64,000 nucleotides of DNA from Channa argus (taxonomy: Eukaryota), in the NCBI RefSeq assembly GCF_033026475.1, contig NC_090205.1:5973544-6037543 (forward strand), written 5' to 3'. Below, piece by piece: positions 47,781 through 59,332 of this stretch. The notes beneath the pieces are model-generated. The model was given only the letters and a program-made list of their open reading frames with translations, was not told where the DNA came from and did no database searches. The position numbers were made by a program, and so were the translations under genes. Each line of letters opens with the position of its first letter. Position 1 is the first letter of the stretch.

Positions 47781-48284
47781 GTGAGTGCCTTTAGTAAAAT
47801 CCTGCAAAATCCTATCATTGATGGACACATGTTCCTTCAATGATAGTTTATCATCCAGCCAGATAGCCAAATACAAGTATGATGATACTTTTTCAATAGT
47901 ATCTCCTCCTTTACTTTGTATTCCTGGATAGTTGATGTCAGCCAAGTGAGCTCTGGTGAAGCTCATATGTCTGGTCTTTTTAACATTAAGGACCAACTTT
48001 ACTTTAGTCAGAGATGACTGGAGCTGTCCAAACCAGACTCATTAACAGCCTAGAGCAGAGAGGGAGTGATTGAGTAAATGACTGTGTGTCATCTGCATAA
48101 AGGCGGATTTTTGCCTTTATAGTAATTTTGACATGTTCTAGATCAGAGCTAATTGGATTCATTGGGCATTGCATAACAAGGGCACTTACATCATGCACGG
48201 AAAATGAACTGGAAGCATATTGTAGCCTCTCAAATAGAAGCTCTGGCCGCTTCTTGAAGTTCTCTCCTTGGAAATATCTTACAG

Positions 48285-48427
48285 AGAAAACATGTCCTAC
48301 AGGATGGAGGAAGTTTAGTTGTTCCTGTTACCTCCTCTCCAGTCTGTCTGGTTCCTGGGAAAGAGGCAGAGAGGACTGCAGAGTCAAAGGAGCAGATCTG
48401 CTGGTTATAGAGAGTGATGAGGAGCAG
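48285..48427 (+). CDS. C-type lectin copy A, carbohydrate-recognition domain (CRD) exon 1: (K)KTCPTGWRKFSCSCYLLSSLSGSWERGREDCRVKGADLLVIESDEEQ.
   Basis: It is in frame with ORF 48128..48451. The acceptor is tcttacag|ag and the donor is gagcag|gtt. It has the canonical CTLD start C-P-x-x-W-x-x-F...CY-x-S and the conserved WxxAxxxC...A.L motif. The part of the ORF upstream of the acceptor is intronic. Confidence 0.75.
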
Positions 48428-48545
48428 GTTTTTGTTCAAGATTTTTATTAGACTTCTCAGATCGATCCAGTTGATTTTTGGGCTCATATTTCTTATTGTG
48501 ATGTGTCAGACTAAAGTATGATGCAAGTTTCTCTATGTTGAACAG

Positions 48546-48649
48546 ACCTTTGTTTTAGGATTAACTCAGCAACCAGCTTGGATTGGTTTGAATGATAAAG
48601 AAGTGGAGGGGACCTGGAAATGGGTAGATGGTACTTCACTGATTAAGAC
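48546..48649 (+). CDS. C-type lectin copy A, CRD exon 2: TFVLGLTQQPAWIGLNDKEVEGTWKWVDGTSLIK.
   Basis: Acceptor gttgaacag|acc, donor aagac|gtaaga. It carries the WIGL-D...EG-W-W-DG motif that defines the CTLD. Confidence 0.75.
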
Positions 48650-48821
48650 GTAAGACTTCACTTTGATTGAAAACTGTCATTACTGTTAAAATATAGTAAT
48701 AATAGAATTCATTTGTTTTTAATTGAATTTAAATGATCTGATACGGAGGGTAGTTAGACTAAACCATACAGTCACCTTTTTTTGTTGGTACATTATATCT
48801 TTTTGCTCACCGCCCTGCTAG

Positions 48822-48972
48822 GTACTGGAAGAAAGATCAGCCTGATAATGGTGGTGGAAGCCCGCTGTGGGGCGAAGAGGACTGTGCACATATCAGAAAT
48901 GAAGAAAACAACCTCTGGAATGATCTGTCATGTACAGCTTCTCTGCGTTGGATCTGTGAAAAACTACTATAA
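48822..48972 (+). CDS. C-type lectin copy A, CRD exon 3 with stop codon: (T)YWKKDQPDNGGGSPLWGEEDCAHIRNEENNLWNDLSCTASLRWICEKLL*.
   Basis: The acceptor is ctgctag|g. It has QPD (Gal/GalNAc-type) rather than EPN, and WND and the last disulfide Cys. It matches the ASGPR/MGL pattern QPDN...EDCAHF...WNDDVC...WVCE. The stop codon TAA is at 48970-48972. Confidence 0.8.
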
Positions 48973-50499
48973 GACCGTTGTGTGATTAGATCGTATATTT
49001 GTAAATGTTTTGACAGTGTCATTTATATAAATGCAGAACTTTTTAGTGACATTCTTCTACCTTTGTAAAAAAATATGTCTGCATGTGTTTGTCGACGTCT
49101 ATATTAACATGTACAGACGTGGATAAAGTTGTATTTAATGCAAAACGCATTAAAAAGAGTAACTTACATTTTTTCTGTAATATGTTGAAAATGACAAAAG
49201 TGATTAAATAAAAAGTAAAAACCAGACTTTGCCAAATAAGTGACAGTTTTTCTCCAATTTAAAGAAGCTAAATAACTGGGTACATAGTTAAAAAGGTTGG
49301 TTTGTTTTAGTTGCACAACCCTAACATACTCTGCCCCTCCACACTTCCTCTTACAGTATCACAGCTCCTTTCTCAGCACCCTGTCATATGCTTTCTCAAA
49401 ATCTACGAAGTTGCAATTCAGCTCCCTTTGACCTTCTCTGTACTTTTCTATCAGCATTACTTGAAAAAGAATAACCCAAAATCTTTTCACTGAAATATGT
49501 TGAAACTGACAGAAGTAATGAAAACAAAAAGTACAAATCTGACTTTGCTTTTAGGCTAAATAACTGGTTACATGGTTAAAAATATGTGAAGCTGAATTAG
49601 TTTGATTTAGTTTAAATATTCTGTTGAATCAGAAAAAAAAAACAACAAAGTCTCATTTTACTTCTTTTCCTTTATATTATGAGTTTCAGGTTGTTTTAAG
49701 AAAAAAATGGATTTTAAACTACTCTGAATCCCAGCAGCTAAATACCTGCATACAATGTGAAAATGCTCATATCGATCACAAAAATACTCAAACCGATCAG
49801 TGATTCTTCCGGTGTTTTTACGTTCAGCTACTGAAGAATCATTGGAAAATGTACAATTATACAAATATCAGATTAATTATCCACATCAATGTTTTTCCCC
49901 AGAGGAGGAATGACTTTTCCCTGTACAGTGTGTTATAAAATATGTGGCTCACTGTGAACTTTATGTTCACATAAAGTGTTGAGTGCACTGTATGTAAACA
50001 GTGACAACTACTTAATCAGAATCTAATTATCACTTTTCAAACTCATGGGCAAGAAAGACGGTGTTACTAATGTTACTTCCTCTTTTCTCAGTAAGCTGGC
50101 TTTTTGTTTTTGTTGTGAAGTGCGAAGCAGACGTACAAGATGCTTATAGTCCAGTGTTGTAAAATGAACTATTTGGTCAGATTCCATGGGACTAGTGATA
50201 CACAGTAATATCTATCTATGGAACCAAATGAAAAAAAACGGTTAATCAAGCTTCAAGCCTACAAGACATAAAGGCCTGGATGTCCCAGAATGTTTTGCTT
50301 CTAAACTCAGACAAAACTGAAGTCATAGTATTTGGGGCTAAAAATCTCAGAAATGTCATGTCCAACCCTTAGTGGACTTAACAACACAACATTGGTGACA
50401 TGCGATTGTCGTTGGAGACACCAAAGCTTCTGTTTGACAGAAAACAATTTGTTGGTACCTGGTAGATACTTTACTGATATATTGTCTGTACAAAGGAAT

Positions 50500-50660
50500 T
50501 AAATTAAATTTTTGTTCACAGATCCATCGCAGAGAATCTTCACAGGGCAGGTCATTCCATGCAGTGTGAGTTCTCATTTGTACACAGTCCTCTCTACCGG
50601 CCCATTGTTGTCCACCATCATTATCAGGCTGGTCCTATGTCCAGTACCTAACAGTTTATT
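50500..50660 (-). pseudogene. Minus-strand CRD exon-3-like sequence with an in-frame TAG: YWT*DQPDNDGGQQWAGREDCVQMRTHTAWNDLPCEDSLRWICEQKFNLI.
   Basis: It is the reverse complement of 50519-50660. QPD, EDC, WND and WICE are all present, but the codon pair equivalent to K-K reads aca tag. It overlaps ORF 50356..50577 (-). Confidence 0.5.
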
Positions 50661-51175
50661 GAACAAAACAAAAATGCGTTCCATAAAAAGAATTTCTCAG
50701 TGGCACCTGATAGTCTCTAGATTAATGTCTGATACATCACATCTGCAGCAGAAATAGAACAGCCAGAGCCAAACACATATCTGGCTGTTTCAGCTTAACC
50801 TGTGCTTTTATCATGAATTTCTCTTTCATGCTTTTATTTTGATACCCTGGCACTTCCTGTTTCTCACCATGTCCTCTGTGTTTTTCAGATCCTGCACTTC
50901 CTCTAGTGCATGCCCCGTCTGTCTTCGTCGCCCACAACTTCGAACCATGGTACCAGTAACAGCTGACTTTACAGATTGTCATAAATGCAACTTATGCTTG
51001 TGCTAACATAAGGATTGCAATCAGTCTTCTTCAGATCTGCCTGAGCTTTTTACGCGTAACCATGGTACCCAGACAAGACCTACCCAAGAACTGGGAGAAC
51101 ATGCAAACTCCAGATGTTACTGTATCTAAATAATTTCTTGCTAAACATTTACCATTTATGCTATTTTCTCAAAGA

Positions 51176-51305
51176 TCCAATGCAGAGTCTTTTCACAGGC
51201 CATTCAGCTCTGCAAGCTCAGTTACAATATGTGCATAGTCCTCTTCACCAATCATCTCATCTTTACCACCATTGTCAGTCTGGTTCTCCTTACAGTACCT
51301 AACCA
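51176..51305 (-). pseudogene. Second, more degenerate minus-strand copy of CRD exon 3: YCKENQTDNGGKDEMIGEEDYAHIVTELAELNGL*.
   Basis: It is the reverse complement of 51176-51305. It aligns to 50519-50660 at the DNA level. QPD has become QTD, the Cys has become Tyr, and there is a premature stop. It is a decayed tandem duplicate. Confidence 0.45.
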
Positions 51306-52822
51306 TAAGAACAACAGGACAATCGTGGTAAATATTAGATATGAATACAGTTTCTCTGTGTCACCTGACAGTCTGTAGATTGATGACTGGTTTACCAAGT
51401 GTTATTTTCAGTCAGAAGGACTGAAAATAATGACTGTAATGACTGTATTCTACAGTCAGTACCAAACACACAGGTTGTTTGTCAACCTGATGTGTGTCAT
51501 CTCCTGCATGTGGAGAGGGTCCCTGTGTCTTGATCAAGCCTGTGTGTCTCTTTTCCATATGATGCTGTATACCTCAGAGTCCTGCAACCTTAAAGACATG
51601 TTCTGATGTCTCTGCTGTAGTAGCAGGTATTTTAGGTGGAGACATCAGAGTAGCAGTCTGTAGTGGACCTTCTCAGTTCTGTTGCTGCATTATTGAGATG
51701 GTGTTTTTGACCCACTTCGGTGCAAAGCTCAGGTGACACTATCCCTGTTACTCTACAAGGGCTCAGGAGCTGAGACAACATCATTCAGCTTAAGAGAAGG
51801 AAGTAGATTGTTTGTTGCTCTTGGTTCTTCGAGTCCCCCTCGACCCTGAAACAGGAGCTGGATTGTTGGTATTAATTCTGATTGTGTTTACATACACTTC
51901 AATAACCGGGGCACTCAGAGAAATCAGGTTATTGAAGAACAGTTTACATGGACTTTAGGAACCTGGTTACTGTAAACACAAAACACAAACAAACCCCGAT
52001 TTCTCCTCCACCAAAGAAATCTGCGGGGGAAAGTGACTTATTTAGACATCTACAAGGACTTTTTTGTGTTAGTTACATTTCTGACGGACCTTAGTCAGAC
52101 TTTTTTGTAGAGTAACTAGGTTTGAGCTTCACTCCACCTCGCTCATTTGTAAAATGCTAAAAAGTGGGCATGGGGCTATAAAGGAGAAAAAGAGGGTCTC
52201 AGAGGGCGGTGGGCAGCAGATCTGCAAGAGGGAGTTGGTCAGTGTGACATGACCGGAGAAAAATGGAGAATGATTCAAAATCACAGGGCAGCTAAAGTAC
52301 ACAGGGCTCTTTTAATGTGAAGGACATTTTCCATCCAGAATCCACTACAGCAGGAACAGCCCGGTGTGGCAGGTTACATTTCACCCTACCCCTGCCCCCA
52401 GAGGGGTCTCTAGCCTGTGAATGACACCAATACAGCCCCAGTGATCAGATCAGACCAAAAGCCAAATTGAGTAGCATGGTTGAGGGCAGTAGAGGGCATT
52501 TCCTGTGCAAATTTAAAGCACATAATATAGGATTCAAATACTTTGCCCTAAAATTCCAAGATTTGGACCTGAATAAATTGACAACATTAAATACCCATAT
52601 ACATGGATTTTGAGCTGAAGAAGGTGTTTGGGGGTTTAGTTACTCTTTACCAAGTTTTGTTTTCTCCTTGAATAAGATTTTTGCTGCTTTGTCCCTCACT
52701 TGTAAATGACTAAATGTAAATGTACCAAAATTGACACTACTCAATAGCTTCTTAAAATGAAAATGTCCTTATTTAACCAGTCCTCACATTTACAGTCACA
52801 AAAGTTAAGTAAACCACTGCAC

Positions 52823-53015
52823 CTGCTCTTTGGCACCGTCTATGACCACCAGATCTGCACCTCTGCATCTGCAGTCTTCTCTGTCTTTTGTCCAAGAACC
52901 AGACTCACTGGTGAGAATATAGCAGGAAAAGCTGAACATTGTCCATCCTGCAGGACAAGTTTCTTCTGTAATAAAAAACAACAGACATTTAATGTACTGA
53001 GCAAACCTAAGCATT
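52823..53015 (-). pseudogene. Orphan C-type-lectin CRD exon 1 on the minus strand (...ETCPAGWTMFSFSCYILTSESGSWTKDREDCRCRGADLVVIDGAKEQ). It has no detectable TM or neck exons, so it is probably a gene relic.
   Basis: It is in frame with ORF 52805..53014 (-) and has the donor cag|gtgcag at its low-coordinate end. Its expected 5' exons would fall inside the copy-B duplication unit, which carries the B gene on the opposite strand. A truncated copy of this exon recurs at 60060-60160. Confidence 0.5.
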
Positions 53016-54513
53016 TAATTCAAAATCGGATTATTGAGTTCACACTTATTTTAGTTTTCTGGCATCAAGGAAATACCATGTGCCTTGTCTCTTACTGCTC
53101 ACACTCACTCTCTCCGTTCAACCTGTCCATCCTGTCCTGGTCTTCAGTCACTTTTAAGAGGCTGGCATTCAGCTGGTCCTTCTCTGCAGTCAAGAAGACA
53201 GTTTGCTCACACACACACACACACACACACAAAATCAGTGACCTGGTTTCTCAAGTGCATGTAAATATAGAGAAAGGTGGTAATGCAATGAATTAACATC
53301 GCTTCAGGTACAAAACTGCCTTTCACTGCAGCATTATAGACTTTAAGTTCATAAAGAAGATGATGCACTGCAGCTTCTGGCTGTGTACGTCAAATAAGAT
53401 ATGACCAGCACAGGAAAGGGTTGGTGTCTTATTTTTAGTTTTATCTTATGTTAGTATCTTTTCTAGAACTGGCTGAAAGAAACTGTTTTACAGAAAGAAG
53501 AAACGCTTAACCACATTTAATGAGTTTTGGAAATTTGAACAAAATACTATTTTGTTTGCGTTTTTGCTTCTTCTTATTCTTTGGTTTTTTACACAAATGA
53601 GCACCTTCTTCAATAATACTTTTGAATAACTTCATATGTTAATGTTTGGCAACAACTGCTGTGACCAACTGGAGACCAGAGGTTTGTTCATTTTAAGAAA
53701 GAAGTTACAGAGTTGGTGAAAATCTGCTAAATGTAATTATTAGTTAGTTGGTGTTATTAGATGATCTTTAGAATGGTCGATATTTTTGGTGTGTGATCAA
53801 AAACCAAATCAAACTTTCCTAAAATTTTCAAGTGCCTTAATCCTTATTGTGTTTATTATCATCTTTGATTGTTAAGAAAACTTTTTGATGCTTAGCTTTT
53901 CTTCTGCCAAGCAGCTGTGCAGCAGCTACTGCTTCGAGGAGAATTTCCCCTTTTAGCTGCACTTTTATGCTGTTTTTATAAAACCTGTCAATAAAAACTC
54001 AATAACTGATCAATGTGGTTACAGTATGTCCCTCGGCTCAGTAAGTTGATGTCTCTTTATTTGACGATCAATCAAATTTGAAAAAATGTGATAGATATTA
54101 CATGCAAAAAAAACACAATTCACTATGTTCATGTGTCAACAAAGATGCAAGTTAATAACATGGTTTAGATGTTTTAGGATGTATGGAAAGCAAAAGAGGC
54201 AAACATGCAATTGAAATCGGAAGTTCTACTTTATGTAATAATCATATTAGTTTAAGTTAAAAAACTGATATTTAAAAAACATTTTAGACATTTGTTTCAG
54301 ATGTGACTCCCTTTACACTGATGCAGTGTTTTAAAACTTAAGTTCAGTGCCAGATTATTATCTTGCAAACAATTTTTGACACCTCTGAAATTTATGACTT
54401 CCTCAGAAGTTTAAAAAGGGAAACTGTAAGCATTGGGAGATTAATCACTCGCATATGCTGCAGTGTGAGCTGCAGAACTGAGTCTTTCACAAATTCGTGG
54501 CATCCTTGGATGT

Positions 54514-54584
54514 GATGGCGGAAATTTGTATGAATGTCGAACCTCAAAACCATTTGGAACAGAGACCTTCAACAGATGAGACGG
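54514..54584 (+). CDS. C-type lectin copy B, exon 1 (cytoplasmic tail): MAEICMNVEPQNHLEQRPSTDET(G). The tyrosine of copy A is replaced by Cys.
   Basis: It is paralogous to 44203-44272 and has the donor acgg|gtttgt. The intron to the TM exon is only ~105 bp because copy B lacks the transposon. Confidence 0.45.
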
Positions 54585-54691
54585 GTTTGTTTGTTTGCTC
54601 AGACAGATGCTCACTGACTGTGCTTTGCCTGAATTTATATCATCAGCTTTCGTTGTGGTATAACTGACTGGATTCATTGGTATTTGCACAG

Positions 54692-54790
54692 GTTCAAGGA
54701 GCTCACAGAGGAGATTTTATGGAGCTCTTCTCTTTTGGGCGCTGTTGAGTCCTTTTCTTGTGGCTTTTCTCATCCGCCTCAGTGTGCACT
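54692..54790 (+). CDS. C-type lectin copy B, TM exon: (G)SRSSQRRFYGALLFWALLSPFLVAFLIRLSVH.
   Basis: It has the same acceptor and donor as copy A and the same frame. Confidence 0.55.
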
Positions 54791-55189
54791 GTGAGTCTAC
54801 ATTTTAGAAGTATAATTATTTTAGTATTATTTTTGCTCTGAAGCATTGTTTTAGGTATATTTTTACTCTTTAATCTAATACCTATTTTCCCAAATGTATG
54901 TTGCTATAAATATACATTTTCCCACCTAGGATAATGGTTGAGGATCAGGAGCATTAACATTTTAATTTTATTATTATTTAGACTGTTTGAGCTCAGGTAC
55001 AGGTTGTGAGGTCAACAACATAAAACCGCAGCCGTAGCAGAGTTTCAATAAACTTTTGGGGTTGAGAAAATTCACATTTTGCATATAGTTGGAACAGATG
55101 TTGGAACCTTAGAGCAAAACTAGAACATATTTTCAATGCAATATACTTTAGCTATTATTACTATGAATGTGTACCTTTTTCTGTTTTAG

Positions 55190-55395
55190 AAACATGTATC
55201 CTAAATGTATTTCCAACCGTGATTCATCACATCGTTTAGCTGCAGAGCTCTCTGCTGTTAAAGCCAAACTGACTGAACGTTTGCAGGCCAGTGATGGTCA
55301 ACTTTCCTTGATGAGTGCAGAGAGAGACCAGCTGAATGCCAGGCTCATCGCAATGACTGAAGAGCGGAACAGGCTTCAGACTTTGTCCAATCAAA
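55190..55395 (+). CDS. C-type lectin copy B, neck exon: NMYPKCISNRDSSHRLAAELSAVKAKLTERLQASDGQLSLMSAERDQLNARLIAMTEERNRLQTLSNQ.
   Basis: It is in frame with ORF 55167..55409. Acceptor ctgttttag|a, donor tcaaa|gtgagtg. Confidence 0.65.
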
Positions 55396-56162
55396 GTGAG
55401 TGTTTTTAGTAAAATCCTAACAGGGAGTTTCTTCAGCAGATGAGACACATGTTCTGTCAATGATAGTTTGTCATCCAGCCAAATAGCTAAACACTTGTAT
55501 GATGATGATGATACTTTTCCAACAGTATCTCCTCCTTTAGTTTGTATTCCTGAATGGTTGATGTCAGCCAAGTGAGCTCTAATGAAGGTCATATGTTTGG
55601 TCTTTTTAACAACCAGACCAAGTTTAATTCTGTCAGTGATGACTGAAGCTCATTAATAGCCTAGAGCAGAGAGGGAGTGATTGAGTAAATGACCTTGTGT
55701 CATCTGCATAAAGACGGATTTTTGCACTGTTCAGGTTTCTCCCAGTGTCATTTAAAAAAAATAAGATAGCAACCAAATAGAAACTTGAGGGATCCCATTA
55801 CAAATTGTCATAAAACCTGACTAATGTCCATCTACAACAACACATCCTACCTGTAAGATAATTTCTAAACCACTGAACGGGCAGATTCGACATGCCAATA
55901 TGTTTGAGTCTGATACTGACCTGTCAAATAGCCTTTAGTCATGAAATAATCCAGGTGTTACACAACCTTTTCCAATATAGTTAAGGCTGATTGATAATAG
56001 TCATTTTGTCATGTTGTAGATCAGAGCTAATTGGATTCATTGGGCATTGCATAACAAGTACACTTACATCATGCACAGAAAATGAACTGGAAACATATTA
56101 TAACCTCTGAAATAGAAGATCTGGCCTCTTCTTGAAGTTCTCTCCTTGGACATATCTTGCAG

Positions 56163-56305
56163 AGAAAACATGTCCTACAGGATGGAGGAAGTTTAGTTGT
56201 TCCTGTTACCTCCTCTCCAGTCTGTCTGGTTCCTGGGAAAGAGGCAGAGAGGACTGCAGAGTCAAAGGAGCAGATCTGGTGGTTATAGAGAGTGATGAAG
56301 AGCAG
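56163..56305 (+). CDS. C-type lectin copy B, CRD exon 1: (K)KTCPTGWRKFSCSCYLLSSLSGSWERGREDCRVKGADLVVIESDEEQ.
   Basis: It is in frame with ORF 56132..56392. Acceptor tcttgcag|ag, donor gagcag|gtaaga. It is 98% identical to copy A. Confidence 0.75.
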
Positions 56306-56415
56306 GTAAGATTTTTATTAGACTTTTGCTTTACCCAAGTTAAAACAATATCCTCAGATAGATCCAGTCGCTCATATTTCTATGCAGTATGATGAAGGTT
56401 TCTCTATGTTGAACA

Positions 56416-56520
56416 GACCTTTGTTTTAGGATTAACTCAGCAACCAGCTTGGATTGGTTTGAATGATAAAGAAGTGGAGGGGACCTGGAAATGGGTAGAT
56501 GGTACTTCACTGATTAAGAC
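56416..56520 (+). CDS. C-type lectin copy B, CRD exon 2: TFVLGLTQQPAWIGLNDKEVEGTWKWVDGTSLIK.
   Basis: It is identical to copy A exon 2, with the same splice sites. Confidence 0.75.
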
Positions 56521-56692
56521 GTAAGACTTCACTTTGATTGAAAACTGTCATTACTGTTAAAATATAGTAATAATAGAATTCATTTGTTTTTAATTGAATT
56601 TAAATGATCTGATACGGAGGGTAGTTAGACTAAACCATACAGTCACCTTTTTTTGTTGGTACATTATATCTTTTTGCTCACCGCCCTGCTAG

Positions 56693-56843
56693 GTACTGGA
56701 AGAAAGATCAGCCTGATAATGGTGGTGGAAGCTCACGGTGGGGTGAAGAGGACTGTGCACATATCAGAAATGAAGAAAACACCCGTTGGAATGATCTGTC
56801 ATGTACAGCTTCTCTGCGTTGGATCTGTGAAACATTAGCATAA
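56693..56843 (+). CDS. C-type lectin copy B, CRD exon 3 with stop codon: (T)YWKKDQPDNGGGSSRWGEEDCAHIRNEENTRWNDLSCTASLRWICETLA*.
   Basis: QPD...WND is retained. The C-terminal tail differs (ETLA* versus EKLL* in copy A). The stop codon TAA is at ~56841-56843. Confidence 0.75.
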
Positions 56844-58539
56844 GACCTTTGTGTGATTAGATCGTATATTTGTAAATGTTTTGACAGTGTCATTTATATA
56901 AATGCAGAAGTTTTTAGTGACATTCTTCTATGTTTGTAAAAAAATATGTCTGCATGTGTTTGCGGACGTCTATATTAACATGTACAGACGTGGATAAAAT
57001 CGTTTTGGACACATTTTTTTTCTCAAATATGTTAAAATTGTCAAAAGTAATGCAATAAAATAAGTAAAAATCTGACTTTGCTGTTGATTTTTGAGTCAAT
57101 AAAATATTTTAAATATTACAACAAAGATGAAAACCAAATATCTGACAGCTTTTCTCCAATTTAAAGAGGCTAAATAACTGGTTACATGGTTAAAAACATG
57201 TGAACAGCTGAATTAGTTTAATTTAATTTAATTTAGTTTGATTTAGTTTAAATATTCTGTTGAATCAGAAATAAAAAGCAAAGTCTCACTTTACTTCTTT
57301 TCCTTTATATTATGAGTTTCAGGTTGTTTTAAGGAAAACAGTGGGTTTTAAACTACTCTGAATCCCAGCAGCTAAATACCTGCATACAATGTGAAAATGC
57401 TCATATTGATCACAAAAATACTCAAACCGATCAGTGATTCTTCTGGTGTTTTTACTTTCAGCTACCGAAGAATCATTGGAAAATGTACAATTATACAAAT
57501 ATCAGATTAATTATCCACATCAATGTTTTTCCCCAGAGGAGGAATGAATTTTCCCTGTACAGTGTGTTATAAAATATGTGGCTCACTGTGAACTTTATGT
57601 TCACATAAAGTGTTGAGTGCACTGTATGTGAACAGTGACAACTACTTAATCAGAATCTAATTATCACTTTTCACACTCAAGTAAAGACAAGAAAGAAGGT
57701 GTTACTAATGTCATTTCCTCTCTTCTCAGTAAGCTTGCTTTTTATTTTTCTTACGAAGAGTGACGCAGAGTTGCAAGATGCACATAGTCCAGTGTTGTAA
57801 AATGAACTATTTGGTCAGATTCCATGGGACTAGTTTAAGAGTGTTTGCCTGTGATTTGTGAATGAAAAATAGTTTGTAGCGTTTCTCAGGCTTTTCTCAG
57901 TTGTCCTCTGTGTTTAAGGCAACGTTGCACGCCCCGTCTGTCTTCGTCGCCCACAACCTTGCTCCCCCTCACCTGCACCTCGTCAGCTGCTTCCCCTTTG
58001 GCATTTACCCCTCTCCACCTCCACTTGTGTGGATTAGACCCTGCATGCAGGGCCGTGGTCTTTGTGTTTCAGCCTGGTAGTGGAGGCAGCAAACCCACTA
58101 AAACGGAGACTTGTGTCCTGAGTGAGTGCAGACTGCGAGGCCCTGGCTGGGCTTCTAGGGAGTTGTCACAGTACAAGTCTCAGATACACATTATATACAC
58201 GGATATTTGGATTTAAACAAAGTTAAGCACATTTCTGCCTTACTTCAAACTCAGTGGAGATCCATCAGTCCACTTCCAAGTTCCCTCTATATCTCCGTCA
58301 CTCAAACCAATCCATGAATCCATCTTGGCAAATCCAGACAGGAATCTCTGTTTAATAAAAATAAGAGAAATCCACAATATTTATATTCTAGTTTTATCCA
58401 CATACATGCATCTTATGGCAAAGGTACATTAACAGATGACTCAAACAAAAAAAAGTGCATAAGAATCTCATAACAAGTTGATAATAGAACAGAACTTTTT
58501 TGTCATCACTGAGGACATAAATGTTACAATGGAATTTAA

Positions 58540-58710
58540 TGAGCGTGAGCAGTGGGCAGCCACAGGCTGTGGCAATGAAGCTATAGCTGAGTGTCCCACT
58601 GAAGGAGACACCTGGTGAATGGGCTGTAATTTGATCCTGCAGACCTCTCCAATCAGCCTGATGCTCTATCCACTGAGCCACAAAAACCACTACAAGCCCC
58701 AAAGTTGAAA
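58540..58710 (-). mobile_element. tRNA-derived SINE of a second family, on the minus strand.
   Basis: The minus strand reads gtggctcagtggatagagcatcaggctgattggagaggtctgcaggatcaaattacagcc... (tRNA A-box and B-box). It lies inside the spurious ORF 58394..58714 (-). Confidence 0.5.
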
Positions 58711-59220
58711 TCATTCCACTTATGGAAAAGATTTAGAAAACACTCAGGTGCATAAATCATGATTCCAATGTAACTCGAGTCCAAGTCATGTGGCTCAAGC
58801 TGCTGCCTATGACTTTTACTGTTGCTGCATTATTGAGATGGTGTTTTTGACCCACTTCGGTGCAAAGCTCAGGTGACACTATCCCTGTTACTCTACAAGG
58901 GCTCAGGAGCTGAGACAACATCATTCAGCTTAAGAGAAGGAAGTAGATTGTTTGTTGCTCTTGGTTCTTCGAGTCCCCCTCGACCCTGAAACAGGAGCTG
59001 GATTGTTGGTATTAATTCTGATTGTGTTTACATACACTTCAATAACCGGGGCACTCAGAGAAATCAGGTTATTGAGGAACAGTTTACATGGACTTTAGGA
59101 ACCTGGTTACTGTAAACACAAAACACAAACAAACCCCGATTTCTCCTCCACCACAGACTTAAATTGGAAGCCTGCTACACAGTTTTTAACTGTGTGATGG
59201 AAAATGCTGCTTTCTGACTT

Positions 59221-59332
<112 letters not shown>

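Noticed and set aside
48128-48284. N-terminal 52 codons of ORF 48128..48451 (MTCSRSELIGFIGHCITRALTSCTENELEAYCSLSNRSSGRFLKFSPWKYLT)
   Set aside because: It lies upstream of the acceptor tcttacag and is not part of the CTLD. It is most likely intronic read-through. The same applies to the copy-B ORF start at 56132.
52757-53296. 179-aa ORF on the + strand
   Set aside because: It is antisense to the minus-strand lectin CRD exon and runs through a (CA)n tract. It has no homology signal.
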